Positions 51,830-61,705 of a stretch of 64,000 nt of DNA are shown here, piece after piece. Location: contig CAWHRD010000005.1 of the NCBI GenBank assembly GCA_963831745.1, positions 93,377-157,376 on the forward strand, written 5' to 3'. How positions within the stretch are numbered: the first letter of the stretch is position 1; every line of letters begins with the position of its first letter. Both the position numbers and the translations under genes were made by a program. The stretch comes from an uncultured Chloroflexia bacterium. Lineage in GTDB: Bacteria > Chloroflexota > Limnocylindria > Limnocylindrales > CSP1-4. The notes beneath the pieces are model-generated. The model ran no database searches. It saw only the letters and a list, made by a program, of their open reading frames with translations, and was not told the origin of the DNA.

Positions 51830-52989
51830 ACGCCCTCGTGATCGCGCGCGTCAACGTCATCCGGCTCCTGCGCGACCGGACCAGCCTCTTCTTCATCTTC
51901 GTCCTGCCCATCGTTCTGATCGTCGTGCTGGGCACGGCGTACGGCGGGCGGGTTGCCCCGCGGATGGGCATCGTGGCGACCGACAGCGGTGCCCTCGGGG
52001 CGGAGCTCGTGGCCGCGATCCGCGACGGCAGCGTCAAGCTCGAGCTCAAGGAGCCGGCCACGGCCGCCGACCTGCGGTCGGGCGTCGAGAGCGGGACCCT
52101 GGAGATCGGCGTGATCGTCCCGCCCGGCTACGACGCAACATTGCGCGCCGGAGGCGTCCCGCAGATCGTGGTCCTCGGCCGGACGCAGAGCGTGGTCTCG
52201 GTGCTGCGCGAGGCGGTCGACACGGCGATCGCCACCCAGGCGGCTGCCGTCGGGGCGGCGCGCCTCGCGGTATCCCGGGACGGGATCCCGTTCGACGCGG
52301 CCCTTGCCACGGCCCGCTCGGTCCAGGGCGAGACCGCGGGGGTCACGGTGGCCGTGGAGCAGGTCGGCGAGGGGATCTTCCCGGCGACGACCGGGGCCTT
52401 CCAGCCGGGCGCGCAAAGCCAGCTCGTGCTCTTCATGTTCCTGACCTCCATGACCGCCGCGACCCAGCTGATCCTCACGCGCCAGCTCGGCGTCTCGCGG
52501 CGGATGGTCGCCTCGCCCGTGCGCGTGAGCACGATCCTCGCCGGCGAGACCCTCGGGCGCTTCGGGGTGGCCATGCTCCAGGGCCTCTTCATCGTCCTGC
52601 TCTCGGCCGTCGCGTTCGGCGTCGGCTGGGGCGACCCGCTGGCGGCCGGGATGATCGTCGTCCTGTTCGCGCTCGTCGGCACGGGGGCGGCGATGGTCGT
52701 CGGCGTCTTCTCCAGCAACCCCGACCAGGCCGGGGCGCTCGGCGTCATGGCCGGGATGCTGCTGGGAGCCCTGGGCGGCGCGATGGTGCCGCTCGAGATC
52801 TTCGGGGAGCCGATGCACACGCTCGCCTACCTCACGCCCCACGCCTGGGCGATCCAGGGCCTCCGGGAGGTCGCCCTGCGGGGCGGCACGATCGTGGACG
52901 TCCTCACCGAGCTCGGGGCGCTCGCGGTGTACGGCGTCGCGCTGCTGGCCATCGGGACGTGGCGGTTCCGGCGCATCCTGACCCGGTGA
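51826..52989 (+). CDS. ABC-2 exporter permease
   Basis: LLRDRT, LGGAMVP, TPHAWA; GTGA overlap. Confidence 0.88.
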   Translation: MNALVIARVNVIRLLRDRTSLFFIFVLPIVLIVVLGTAYGGRVAPRMGIVATDSGALGAELVAAIRDGSVKLELKEPATAADLRSGVESGTLEIGVIVPPGYDATLRAGGVPQIVVLGRTQSVVSVLREAVDTAIATQAAAVGAARLAVSRDGIPFDAALATARSVQGETAGVTVAVEQVGEGIFPATTGAFQPGAQSQLVLFMFLTSMTAATQLILTRQLGVSRRMVASPVRVSTILAGETLGRFGVAMLQGLFIVLLSAVAFGVGWGDPLAAGMIVVLFALVGTGAAMVVGVFSSNPDQAGALGVMAGMLLGALGGAMVPLEIFGEPMHTLAYLTPHAWAIQGLREVALRGGTIVDVLTELGALAVYGVALLAIGTWRFRRILTR

Positions 52990-53519
52990 CGTCGCCCGAC
53001 GACGCGCCCTACCGGAGGATGCCCGTGCCAGGTCAGCCCGAAGCCCTCGAGGTCACCGTCGTCGAGCTGGAGATGGTGCGGGTCGCGGCGATCCGCTCCG
53101 TCGTCGCCGCCGAGGACGTGCCCGACTTCATGTCGGACGCGCTCGAGCTGGTCGCCGGCGCGCTGCGGACTGCCGGGCTCACCCCGGCCGGGCCTCCGTT
53201 CGCGCGCTACTTCTCGATGAGCCCCGACGGGCTCGACGTCGCCGCCGGCTTCCCGGTCGCCGAGCCGTTCCTGGGCGCCGGCGTCGTGCACCCCGGGGAG
53301 CTCCCCGCCGGGCCCGCGGCCGTGGCGACGTTCGTCGGCCCGTACGATGGCCTGGAAGCCGCCTGGACGACCGTCCGGCGGCGCATCGCCGAGATGGGCT
53401 GGACGCGGGGCGATGAACCCTGGGAGGTCTACGTCATCGGCCCGGGCAGCGGCGTCGACGAGGCGGAGTGGCGCACGCAGCTGGTCTGGCCGCTGGCCCC
53501 CGGCAGCCGGCCTGGCTGA
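52986..53519 (+). CDS. GyrI-like small-molecule binding protein
   Basis: PAGPPFARY, LPAG..A...VGPYDGL..AW, PWEVY..GP, WRTQL. Confidence 0.8.
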   Translation: MTSPDDAPYRRMPVPGQPEALEVTVVELEMVRVAAIRSVVAAEDVPDFMSDALELVAGALRTAGLTPAGPPFARYFSMSPDGLDVAAGFPVAEPFLGAGVVHPGELPAGPAAVATFVGPYDGLEAAWTTVRRRIAEMGWTRGDEPWEVYVIGPGSGVDEAEWRTQLVWPLAPGSRPG

Positions 53520-53667
53520 CGTCCGCACGTCGGGCAACCCGGCGGCCGTGTGCGGGAGTGGTAACCCGCGGAGCCGCCTGCACACTGACCGCGACCGTGG
53601 TCCGGGCGTGCGACACTCCCGCCGCGAGGATGCGAAGGATCCGGCCGGCCTAGAGGGGGAATGCGCC

Positions 53668-54066
53668 ATGAGCGAACGGCAGACGATCGGCGGCCTTCTC
53701 GAAGCCGCTCGCGCGCGGCTCGTCCGGCTCGAGCCCGCCTCGGCGCATGCCGCCCAGCGAGCCGGTGCGCTCCTCATCGACACGCGCTGCGCGGACGCCC
53801 GCCGGGAGACCGGCGTCATCCCGGGATCGGTGCACGTGCCGCTCTCGGTCCTGTTCTGGCGCATGGACCCGACGTCCGGCTACCACGACTCGTCGCTGAC
53901 CGATCAGGACCGGCAGGTCATCCTGGTCTGCGACCACGGCTACTCGTCCAGCCTGGCGGCCGCCACGCTTCGTGACCTCGGGTACGAACGGGCGACCGAC
54001 GTGATCGGCGGCTTCGAGGCCTGGGCTGCGGCCGGCCTGCCGACCGACGAGCCGTTCGAGACGTAG
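53668..54066 (+). CDS. rhodanese-like domain protein
   Basis: LIDTR, IPGSVH, VCDHGYSS, DVIGGFEAW; GAGGGGG RBS. Confidence 0.85.
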   Translation: MSERQTIGGLLEAARARLVRLEPASAHAAQRAGALLIDTRCADARRETGVIPGSVHVPLSVLFWRMDPTSGYHDSSLTDQDRQVILVCDHGYSSSLAAATLRDLGYERATDVIGGFEAWAAAGLPTDEPFET

Positions 54067-54074
54067 GCGACACC

Positions 54075-54653
54075 ATGTCCGCGCTCGACGACGCGCCCCA
54101 GGTCCACGCCGACGATCGCGCCACGTGGCGCGCCTGGCTCGACGCGAACCACGCGACCGCCCCCGGTGCCTGGCTCGTGACCTGGCGGCCACGGTCCGGG
54201 CGGGTCAGCCTGGACTACGAGGCGGCCGTGGAGGAAGCCCTGTGCTTCGGCTGGGTGGACAGCACCGGCGGCCAGGTCGACGACGAGCGCAGCAAGCTCT
54301 ACTTCGCGCCGCGCAAGCAACGGAGCGTCTGGGCCGCGTCGAACAAGGCGCGCGTCGAGCGGCTGATCGGCGAAGGGCGGATGGCTCCGGCGGGCCTCGC
54401 CGCCATCGAGCGCGCGAAGGAGAACGGATCGTGGGAGGTCCTGGATGCCGCCGAGCGGCTCGAGGTCCCGGACGACCTGGCCGCGGCCCTCCATGCTCGC
54501 TCGCCCGCCGCCGCCCACTTCGCGGCGTTCCCGCCGTCAGCTCGCAAGATGCTGCTCGGCTGGATCGCGGTCGCGGTGCGCCCGGAGACGCGCGCGGCGC
54601 GGATCACGAAGGTCGCCGAGGCGGCCGCCCGGAACGAGCGGGCCCGGGGCTGA
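54075..54653 (+). CDS. YdeI/OmpD-associated family protein
   Basis: WRAWLDANH, EEALCFGWVD, SVWAASNK, VPDDLAAAL, ETRAARI. Confidence 0.85.
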   Translation: MSALDDAPQVHADDRATWRAWLDANHATAPGAWLVTWRPRSGRVSLDYEAAVEEALCFGWVDSTGGQVDDERSKLYFAPRKQRSVWAASNKARVERLIGEGRMAPAGLAAIERAKENGSWEVLDAAERLEVPDDLAAALHARSPAAAHFAAFPPSARKMLLGWIAVAVRPETRAARITKVAEAAARNERARG

Positions 54654-54697
54654 CGCCGGGTCTGCCGCGCCCGGGGCGCCCTCGAACACCGAGCGGG

Positions 54698-54772
54698 TGG
54701 TCGGGGTGGTGGGATTCGAACCCACGACCTCGTGCTCCCAAAGCACGTGCGCTACCACTGCGCTACACCCCG
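54698..54772 (-). tRNA. tRNA-Pro(TGG)
   Basis: CGGGGTGTAGCGCAGTGGTAGCGCACGTGCTTTGGGAGCACGAGGTCGTGGGTTCGAATCCCACCACCCCGACCA: full cloverleaf, TTCGAAT loop, encoded CCA. Confidence 0.97.
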
Positions 54773-54891
54773 ACGGTCTCTGAACGTGAATATCGCAGGA
54801 TACTCGACGTCTTGCCGGTAGAGCCTGGACCTTCACCGCTCCTATCGCATATGCTGTGCGTCGACCAAGACCCACAACGAAGGCACGAGCG

Positions 54892-55839
54892 ATGGAAGCC
54901 ACCCCCACCGGCACCGCCCATTCTACGGTCCCGGGCGACCTTGCCGAACTCCTGGCCAGCTGGCGCCGGCACCTGCGCGCGCAGCGGATCAGCCCGGCGA
55001 CGATCTCGACGTACTCGACGGCCGTTTCCCAGCTCGCCGCCTTCCTCGACCGCCAAGGGATGCCGACCGCGCCCGCCGCGATCCACCGCGAGCATGTCGA
55101 GGCCTTCATCACCGACCTCCTCGAGCATTGGAAGCCGGCCACGGCGCACAACCGGTACCGCGGCTGCCACGCGTTCTTCCGCTGGCTCGTCGAAGAAGGC
55201 GAGATCCGCGACAACCCGATGGAACGGATGAAGCCACCGCGCCTGCCGGAGGAACCGCCGCCCGTCCTCCGGGAGGCGGAGCTCCGTGCGATCCTCGCGG
55301 CGTGCGAGCGCGACAAGACGTTCGCCGGGCGTCGCGACGAGGCGGTCCTCCGGATCTTCATGGACACGGGCGCCCGCCGCGCGGAGGTCCTCAACCTCGG
55401 GCTCGCCGACGTCGACCTCGAACAGGGGCTCCTACGGGTGACCGGCAAGGGCAGCCGCGTGCGGCTCGTTCCGATCGGCGCACTGACGGTCCGCGCGGTC
55501 GATCGCTACCTGCGCGCCCGCGCGAAGCATCCGAAGGCCGAGCTCGCATCCCTCTGGATCGGCCAGAAGGGCCGTCTGACAGAGTCGGGCCTGGCCGAGC
55601 TGGTCCGTGACCGCGGGCTCCAGGCTGGCATGACGACGCGCGTCCACCCGCACATGTTCCGGCACGCATACGCCCACATGATGCTCGCCGGAGGCATGCA
55701 GGAGACGGACCTCATGGCCGTCGTCGGATGGCGCAGTCGCGACATGGTCGCCCGATACGCGGCGTCCACGCGGGCCGAGCGGGCGATCGCCGCGGCCCGC
55801 GCCCTGAGCCCGGTCGACCGGCTCGCGAAGGACCGCTGA
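54892..55839 (+). CDS. tyrosine recombinase/integrase
   Basis: SAM-like N-terminus; TGARRAE (R), GKG (K), HMFRH (HxxR), VGW, MVARY (Y). Confidence 0.92.
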   Translation: MEATPTGTAHSTVPGDLAELLASWRRHLRAQRISPATISTYSTAVSQLAAFLDRQGMPTAPAAIHREHVEAFITDLLEHWKPATAHNRYRGCHAFFRWLVEEGEIRDNPMERMKPPRLPEEPPPVLREAELRAILAACERDKTFAGRRDEAVLRIFMDTGARRAEVLNLGLADVDLEQGLLRVTGKGSRVRLVPIGALTVRAVDRYLRARAKHPKAELASLWIGQKGRLTESGLAELVRDRGLQAGMTTRVHPHMFRHAYAHMMLAGGMQETDLMAVVGWRSRDMVARYAASTRAERAIAAARALSPVDRLAKDR

Positions 55840-55893
55840 CGCCAACCGACGTCCAGTCGAATCCCGTCACCGCCACGACGCGGGAAACCTCGA

Positions 55894-56238
55894 TCAGTCG
55901 GCGCCCCGATTGACGCGGCGTTCGTGTCGCTGCCGCGGACCTGGGCCGGTGGCGGCGGCGCTCGCATGTCGCCGCTCTCGTCCGTGGACGCGTGCATCGG
56001 CACTCGCCCGGGCAAGTCGGAGCATGTGTGCCCGCAGTGCCCGCTGCGTGCGCAGGGCACGCTCCCTTGCAGGCAACTGCTGCTCGGGGTCGACCTCCCG
56101 CTCGAAGCGCAGCCAGAACCCCCGCCGAGCTGGCCTCGTCATCACCTCACCGCCGAAGCGTGCGCTCGTCGTGAGGCCACCGATGCGGCCCCACGCGGCC
56201 TGGTCGGCTCGGACTGCCGGGCCTGGCGATCGCCTCAC
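55894..56238 (-). CDS. conserved hypothetical protein of phage/integrative-element type
   Basis: MTRPARRGFWLRFEREVDPEQQLPARER..RAHMLRLA; GTGA-coupled to the upstream relaxase-like gene. Confidence 0.6.
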   Translation of the reverse strand: MRRSPGPAVRADQAAWGRIGGLTTSARFGGEVMTRPARRGFWLRFEREVDPEQQLPARERALRTQRALRAHMLRLARASADARVHGRERRHASAAATGPGPRQRHERRVNRGAD

Positions 56239-57119
56239 CGAAGCGCCTCGGCGTGGTCCTCGATCCCGCCGGTGCCCAGCAGCCGGAGCCAGGCCTCGGA
56301 GCCGACCGGCGTCGGGCAGCGCCGTGCCGCCGGGTCGACGAGGAGGCCGCCGACAGTGGTCCGGCCAACGCTCGGGTTGAGCGCCACGACCGGCGCTGCG
56401 AGCCCCATGGCGCGCAGGTCGGGCAGGACGAGGGCCCAGGCCTTCCGGACGAGGCCGGCGTAGGGCTTCGCCCGCCCGATGGCAGCCAGGCGCGCCGCCC
56501 GTTCGGGCGAGCCCACCACGAAGACGACGTACCAGGTCCGCGACCAGAGCGCCTTGTCATAGCGGGCGAGCTTGTCGCGGATCACCGGCCCCCGCTCGGT
56601 GTTCTCGTCGATCTCGAGGCACAGGACCGCGGAGCCGCTCGCTCCCTGGAGGACCACGATGCCGTCGGGGTAGACACCCCGCAGGCTGTCGTGGGCCATC
56701 GTCTCGGTGTGCCAGGCCGTCACGAGCGGTTCGGTCGCATCCGCTGGTTGCGCTGCCAGGAGCGCGCAGACCGCTTCGACCCCGTTGAGGCTGTGGCGGA
56801 GCTGGGTGCCGGCCCGGGAGCGGGTGAGCTTGTCGTAGTGGAGGCGACGGCGTCCGCGCGGGGAGACCCGGAAGGCGAAGGGAGCACCACCGCGGGTTGC
56901 GGGTGGCAGGACGGCCCGCTCGAGGTAGCCCGCCCGGTAGAGGGCGGCGAGGCGTGCCTGGGCGGTCTGGCGGCGGTGGTAGACGAGGGTCGTGAGCTGG
57001 GCGGTCGTGGCGACGTCGGCGCGGTACAGGATGCGCAGCGCAGCGCGATCACGGATAGGTGAGCATACCCGGGTCCACGATGGCCCGGGAGGGAGGTGCC
57101 GGCGCTGCGACGAAGGCAC
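56235..57119 (-). CDS. replication-relaxation (Replic_Relax-like) protein
   Basis: wHTH-like RDRAAL..TTAQL..AQARLAAL; LRHSL; PDG..CLEID..TE..IRDKLARY (PD-(D/E)xK-like); start uncertain. Confidence 0.75.
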   Translation of the reverse strand: MPSSQRRHLPPGPSWTRVCSPIRDRAALRILYRADVATTAQLTTLVYHRRQTAQARLAALYRAGYLERAVLPPATRGGAPFAFRVSPRGRRRLHYDKLTRSRAGTQLRHSLNGVEAVCALLAAQPADATEPLVTAWHTETMAHDSLRGVYPDGIVVLQGASGSAVLCLEIDENTERGPVIRDKLARYDKALWSRTWYVVFVVGSPERAARLAAIGRAKPYAGLVRKAWALVLPDLRAMGLAAPVVALNPSVGRTTVGGLLVDPAARRCPTPVGSEAWLRLLGTGGIEDHAEALR

Positions 57120-57749
57120 CGATCACGGGTGTGTGGGGTCTCCGGTCCGAGCCTGCGCGGCGGAGCACGGCAGGCCGGGCAGGGATCGGGGCGCCGAACC
57201 CCGGCTCCCGGACCCCATCGCTGCCCGTCGGTCGGCGTCGGAGCGGCGGAGGGTGCGGCTGTTCTCGTCGTCGATGGCGGTGATCATGTCGGGGGCGACC
57301 TCATAGAAGGACCTCGCGTACCTCGCTTTCGACGAGCTGGCTGCGTTCGGCTCCGCGGCCCCGATCTCGCTCGAGGGTCGTCACGCCTGGGACGACCAAC
57401 CCGAACCAGAACCGCGGCCGCGGAGCCGTCGCGGCGCGGACGCCGCGGTCGTCGACCCGAGCGCCGTCAGCGACCGCCGGAGCGTGACTCCGACCACGAT
57501 CGACCCGCCGGACCGCAACGCCTGCTGCACCGCCCGCCGAGACGAGACCCGGGCGACCGACCGAGACGCCAGCCGCCGAGCCTCGATGCTACGACCACGG
57601 GTTGGTCAGTCGGAAGGGGCGGTGCGTACGAGAGTGTGTACGGCCGACGAGTCCGGCCCCGCGGGGACACCGATCGAGCCCGAGACAAGACGTCCGCACA
57701 CCTCCATCCTGCTTGCAGGATGGGCGGAACACGGGCGGGACGGACTCGG

Positions 57750-57898
57750 CATACAACGGGATCAGTGGGGAGAAGATCTCGGGCCGAGGCCTGACCTACT
57801 ACGGTCTCGCCAACGGCAAGATCACGGGAGACGACCCGACCACCACGCCGGATCTGATGCGGACGCTCGGGCCTCTGCTCGCGCCGCGGAACGCCTGA
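57750..57898 (+). pseudogene. possible remnant of a SnoaL-like/ester cyclase gene (C-terminal part)
   Basis: AYNGISGEKISGRGLTYYGLANGKIT..DLMRTLG resembles the SnoaL C-terminus; no credible start. Confidence 0.35.
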
Positions 57899-58044
57899 CT
57901 CGTCCAGTTCGCGCGAACCGCCAGCCGCTGGCCTCGGCGTCAGCCGATCCTGCTCATCCCGGTCACGAACGTCCTGAGCGCCGTTCACCGCGTCGCGGAG
58001 ATCTCGTAGCGCCCGAGCTGTTGGTCCGCCCTCGTGCCGTTCGC

Positions 58045-58254
58045 TCAGCGCTCGTGGCCGCGATCGCGCTCCAGCCATTCGCCGACTCTCTCCGGCCAAT
58101 GCTCCTCGTGAAACATCGCCACCCGTCCCTCCGCTCCCGGATCATTGAGCCCGATCAGGGTCACGCCTTCGGCCTCCTGCCCAAGGACGACGGCCTCGCC
58201 CGGCTCGATCGGGCTCCCGCACACCTCGCAGGTGGGCTGATCGTTCGTCGACAT
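58045..58254 (-). CDS. small putative Zn-binding protein (CxxC...HxxH)
   Basis: GGAGG RBS; CEVC...FHEEHW; 69 aa. Confidence 0.55.
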   Translation of the reverse strand: MSTNDQPTCEVCGSPIEPGEAVVLGQEAEGVTLIGLNDPGAEGRVAMFHEEHWPERVGEWLERDRGHER

Positions 58255-58484
58255 CAAACGCCTCCATCACTGCCGTCAGGCCGCCGACGGGCGGCGGATC
58301 CATCGTAGGCCCGCCAGTGGGCGGGCAGACCTCGGGAGATGGTCGGGCTGACCCACCCCGCGCGTCGCCCGCATGGTCGAGACGAGCCGTGTCGCCCCCA
58401 ATCTGCTCTAACACCCTCGGTCCCGTTCCCGAGGTGACCGTTCCGACCTACGTCCACCGGCCACGCGGATCGCATGACCGGACT

Positions 58485-58518
58485 CGGATGGTTACAGGTG
58501 TAACCGTCCGTAACCATC
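58485..58518. promoter_or_regulatory. inverted repeat, putative protein-binding site
   Basis: CGGATGGTTACA-GG-TGTAACCGTCCG (11/12 match) followed by a further GTAACCATC half-site. Confidence 0.5.
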
Positions 58519-58624
58519 GTGGCGACGAGGGGCGAGGTTCGGGACTTCGTCCGGCTCAGCCCGTCCTCCGCAGCGCCGCCTGGCCGGTTTGCCAGGGGGC
58601 CATGCTGTCTGGGCCGACCTCGTC

Positions 58625-59318
58625 CTAGTGCCGACGCCGACGAAGGTGGATCAGCGGGAGGGCCAGCGCGAGGAACGTCATGACCAGATACACCCCGACG
58701 GCAGCGAGCGGTGCCACGACGGCCAGGGCGATGGCAGCGACATTCAGGAGCGATCAGGATCCACCGCTGTCGGACCTTCGCCTCGAACGTCTCGTCGGCG
58801 ACGCCGTCGACCACCAGCGACCGCTCACTTGCGATGTAGAACATGAGCAGGCTCAGGGCGAGGGACGCCAGGAGCACGTTGACCCCGTAGATGACGACCG
58901 CGGCCTCGACGTCCGGACCCGACAGGTGGGTGACCAGCAGGTTGGTCGAGAACGGAAGGACGCCCACGAAGAGCAGCACCAGGAGGTCGATCCCGTACGC
59001 CAAGGTGTCGGCGTGCCGCATCAACTTCGTCATCCCGGCGTGGCTCACCCAGATCCCCCCGATGAAGACGAAGCTGATCAGATACCCAAGGAACTCCTGC
59101 CACTGCTCGGCGAGGGCGGGCAGGAGGCGACCGTCGACAGCCGGCACCGAGAGCTCGAGCACCAGCAGCGTGATCGCGATCGCGAAGACGCCGTCGGTGA
59201 ATGCGTTGAAGCGGTCGAGCGGCAGGACATCGGCGGCTCGCGACGTGCGACGGCCGCTCACCGATCGCCGGACCGACTGGTCGGTCACGGCCTCATCGGG
59301 GCGGCGGTCGGGTTCCAT
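58625..59318 (-). pseudogene. TMEM175-family (DUF1211) K+ channel, frameshifted near 58748
   Basis: RFNAFTDGVFAIAITLLVLEL signature, YLISF..IWVSH; last TMs (LNVAAIALAVVAPLAAVGVY..) lie in another frame, ending TAG at 58625. Confidence 0.75.
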
Positions 59319-59355
59319 CAGCTCGGCGTGGCAGACGCGGGGCGCGGCGAGCTCG

Positions 59356-59883
59356 TCATGCGGTCGTGTTGGCCGACGCGTCGGCCGGAGCCGCCATTGA
59401 AGCGGCGTCGACCTCAGCGACAGCGCTGTCGTCGAGCTCATGGGTCTCGGCTTGACCGCCGAGGGAGGCGAGCTCGGCGGAGATGGCCGGCGCGCTCGTC
59501 TTGTCGGTCATCACCCCGAGCGCGGCCTTGCCGCCCTGCAGTTCGCGACCGAGGCGCTCTCGATCATCGCTGGAGATGATCAGGCTCTTGTGATGGCGAG
59601 CGCCCAGGATCCCGCCGCCGATGATCCCGACAGCCATGCCCACCGGAGTGAGCATCGCGAGAATGACTCCGATCCCGACGCCTGACCCGATGCTTCGCGG
59701 GCCGAGCTTCTCGGTCTTGAGCTTGCCGTTCTCGTCGAGCACGAGGACGCCCATCGCCTGGATCTGATGCGTATCGATCAACGTCGCCGCGGCTTCCTGT
59801 CCCGCCCACCGGTTGAGCCCCTCGGCCGCAGCGTCCGCGGACGCCTCGTCGGCGAAGATCGCCAGCACCAGTTGTCGAAGCAT
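59356..59883 (-). CDS. DUF1269-like membrane-associated protein
   Basis: LVLAIF.DE..A..AA, VLVLDENGKL, Gly-rich hydrophobic hairpin, L.GGKAAL; AAGGGAG RBS. Confidence 0.65.
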   Translation of the reverse strand: MLRQLVLAIFADEASADAAAEGLNRWAGQEAAATLIDTHQIQAMGVLVLDENGKLKTEKLGPRSIGSGVGIGVILAMLTPVGMAVGIIGGGILGARHHKSLIISSDDRERLGRELQGGKAALGVMTDKTSAPAISAELASLGGQAETHELDDSAVAEVDAASMAAPADASANTTA

Positions 59884-60072
59884 CGTCAACTCCCTTCGAC
59901 CAACGGGCAGACCTCATCGCATTCTGCGTGGCGGGTCCGGCTCGGTGAGACGCCAGAGTAGGCGTGTCCACGGCGCCCCGCGCATCCTCCTTGACGGATG
60001 AAGACTGATCCATCCCCGAGTGCCCGTCTGGAGGGGGGTCGAGGCCGAGGGCGAGCTGGAGGCAGAGGGGGC

Positions 60073-61689
60073 TCAGGAGGCCCCGGCCGACCCTCGCTCG
60101 CCCTGGAACTCCCATCGCGTCCTGAGCGGATCCGCGCGGCCGAACGCGAGGAGGGCGATGGCCCCTCCGACCACGCCGACGAGTCCACATAGGAGGAAGG
60201 CGGCGTTCAGGCCGGCCGCATAGGCGTCGAGATACGGCCGGATGTCGGAAGACGCGACGGTCGTCGCCAGCTGCGCGAACGACGGAGTGCCGACGGCCAC
60301 GAGGACGGTGCGGAAGGCAGTGATCGCTGCCGCGGCATCGGTGGGCGGCAACCCCGCAACCGAGGCTGAGTAGGTCGCGATGGCCACCTGCGCGACGATC
60401 GCGCTGACGAGCACGATCCCGATCCGCCGTCCAAGCGAGATTGACGACTCGTTCAATGCTGCCGCCGACGCCGGCAACCCATCCGGAAGGCTGGCGAAGA
60501 TGATGGCCGTTCGTACAGTCGTCGCGACGACGAACCCAGCGCCGATGAGCAGGCACGGGAGAACGAGGGCGACGTACGACGCGGAGTCGGTCGCGACGAC
60601 CGCGAGCACCAGGTTCCCGATCCCGACGAAGACGACGCCGCCGCCCACGAGCCATCGCGGCGGGACCCGCTTGAGGAGGACCCCGGCAACGGGTCCGGCG
60701 AGGAGCAGCGCGCCCGTGAGCGGGATGACGGCGGCCGCCGCCAGCAACGGCTCATAGCGGAGCACGAGATGGAAGTACAGCGGCAGGTTGAGCACCGCCG
60801 CCGTCTCGGAGATCGCGATCGTGACGCCGACGAATAACGCGACCGCGATCCGACGCCGGATGAACTGGGCCGGACTGGCCCTTCGGCTGAGACCCTGGTA
60901 GCCGATCACGAGGACCGGGCCGCCGATGATCATTGCCCAGCGGAGCGGGTTATCGAGACCGCCGCCGATCCAGGTAACCCCGACCGTGAACGTGATGATC
61001 CCGAACGCCCACATGGCGACCCCGACGACGAGCGGGCGCTCCGCCTGCGTCGGTCGACGCAACTCCAGCGTGCGGGACCAGGCAAGACCGATCGCGATGG
61101 CGCACGCAGCGATCGCTGCCAACATCGCGGGCCACTGCTCTCCCGGTACCACCCGAAGCGCGATCGACGCGGCGGCGCCGCCCGCACCGTAGGCGCCGTA
61201 GGCGATCCCGATCGCAGTCGCCCGCACCGGACCGCGATAGCTCGTGGCGACGAGGGCGATGGACACCGGGATGACGAAGGCTGCACCGGCATGCCCGACG
61301 AGTCGCGACACGAGGAAGATCGGCCCGGCGGGCACGAGCAAGGTCACGCCGCTCGCGAGCAACTCGACGACGAGACCGCCGAGAATGACCCGGCGGGCTC
61401 GACTCAAGTCGCCGACGGCGCCACCGACGAGGATCAGCCCCGACGCGACGATCGAGGTCAGAAGGACGAGGATTTCGAATTGCGGGTTGTCTCGAATGGC
61501 CTCCTGGATGGACGGCAGCGTGGGAGTCCAGATCTGTGGATCCATCGCCGCGGCGACCAGGGCGACCGAACCCGCGAGCAACGCGCCTCGTGCGACGGGA
61601 TCGACGACGAGCTCAGTGATGAAGGCGGGCCGTCCGCTCCGCGACGGGCGCCACCGCCTTGGCAGCGAGAAATGGGGCGAGGGACTCGT
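60073..61689 (-). CDS. MFS transporter (DHA2-like, about 14 TM); start codon uncertain
   Basis: LPSI, GGAVGD..RRV, RATAIG, PLYF..LRY; start either TTG 61734 or ACG 61689. Confidence 0.75.
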   Translation of the reverse strand, partial: TSPSPHFSLPRRWRPSRSGRPAFITELVVDPVARGALLAGSVALVAAAMDPQIWTPTLPSIQEAIRDNPQFEILVLLTSIVASGLILVGGAVGDLSRARRVILGGLVVELLASGVTLLVPAGPIFLVSRLVGHAGAAFVIPVSIALVATSYRGPVRATAIGIAYGAYGAGGAAASIALRVVPGEQWPAMLAAIAACAIAIGLAWSRTLELRRPTQAERPLVVGVAMWAFGIITFTVGVTWIGGGLDNPLRWAMIIGGPVLVIGYQGLSRRASPAQFIRRRIAVALFVGVTIAISETAAVLNLPLYFHLVLRYEPLLAAAAVIPLTGALLLAGPVAGVLLKRVPPRWLVGGGVVFVGIGNLVLAVVATDSASYVALVLPCLLIGAGFVVATTVRTAIIFASLPDGLPASAAALNESSISLGRRIGIVLVSAIVAQVAIATYSASVAGLPPTDAAAAITAFRTVLVAVGTPSFAQLATTVASSDIRPYLDAYAAGLNAAFLLCGLVGVVGGAIALLAFGRADPLRTRWEFQGERGSAGAS

Positions 61690-61705
61690 CGGCCACCTCC
61701 CTGCC

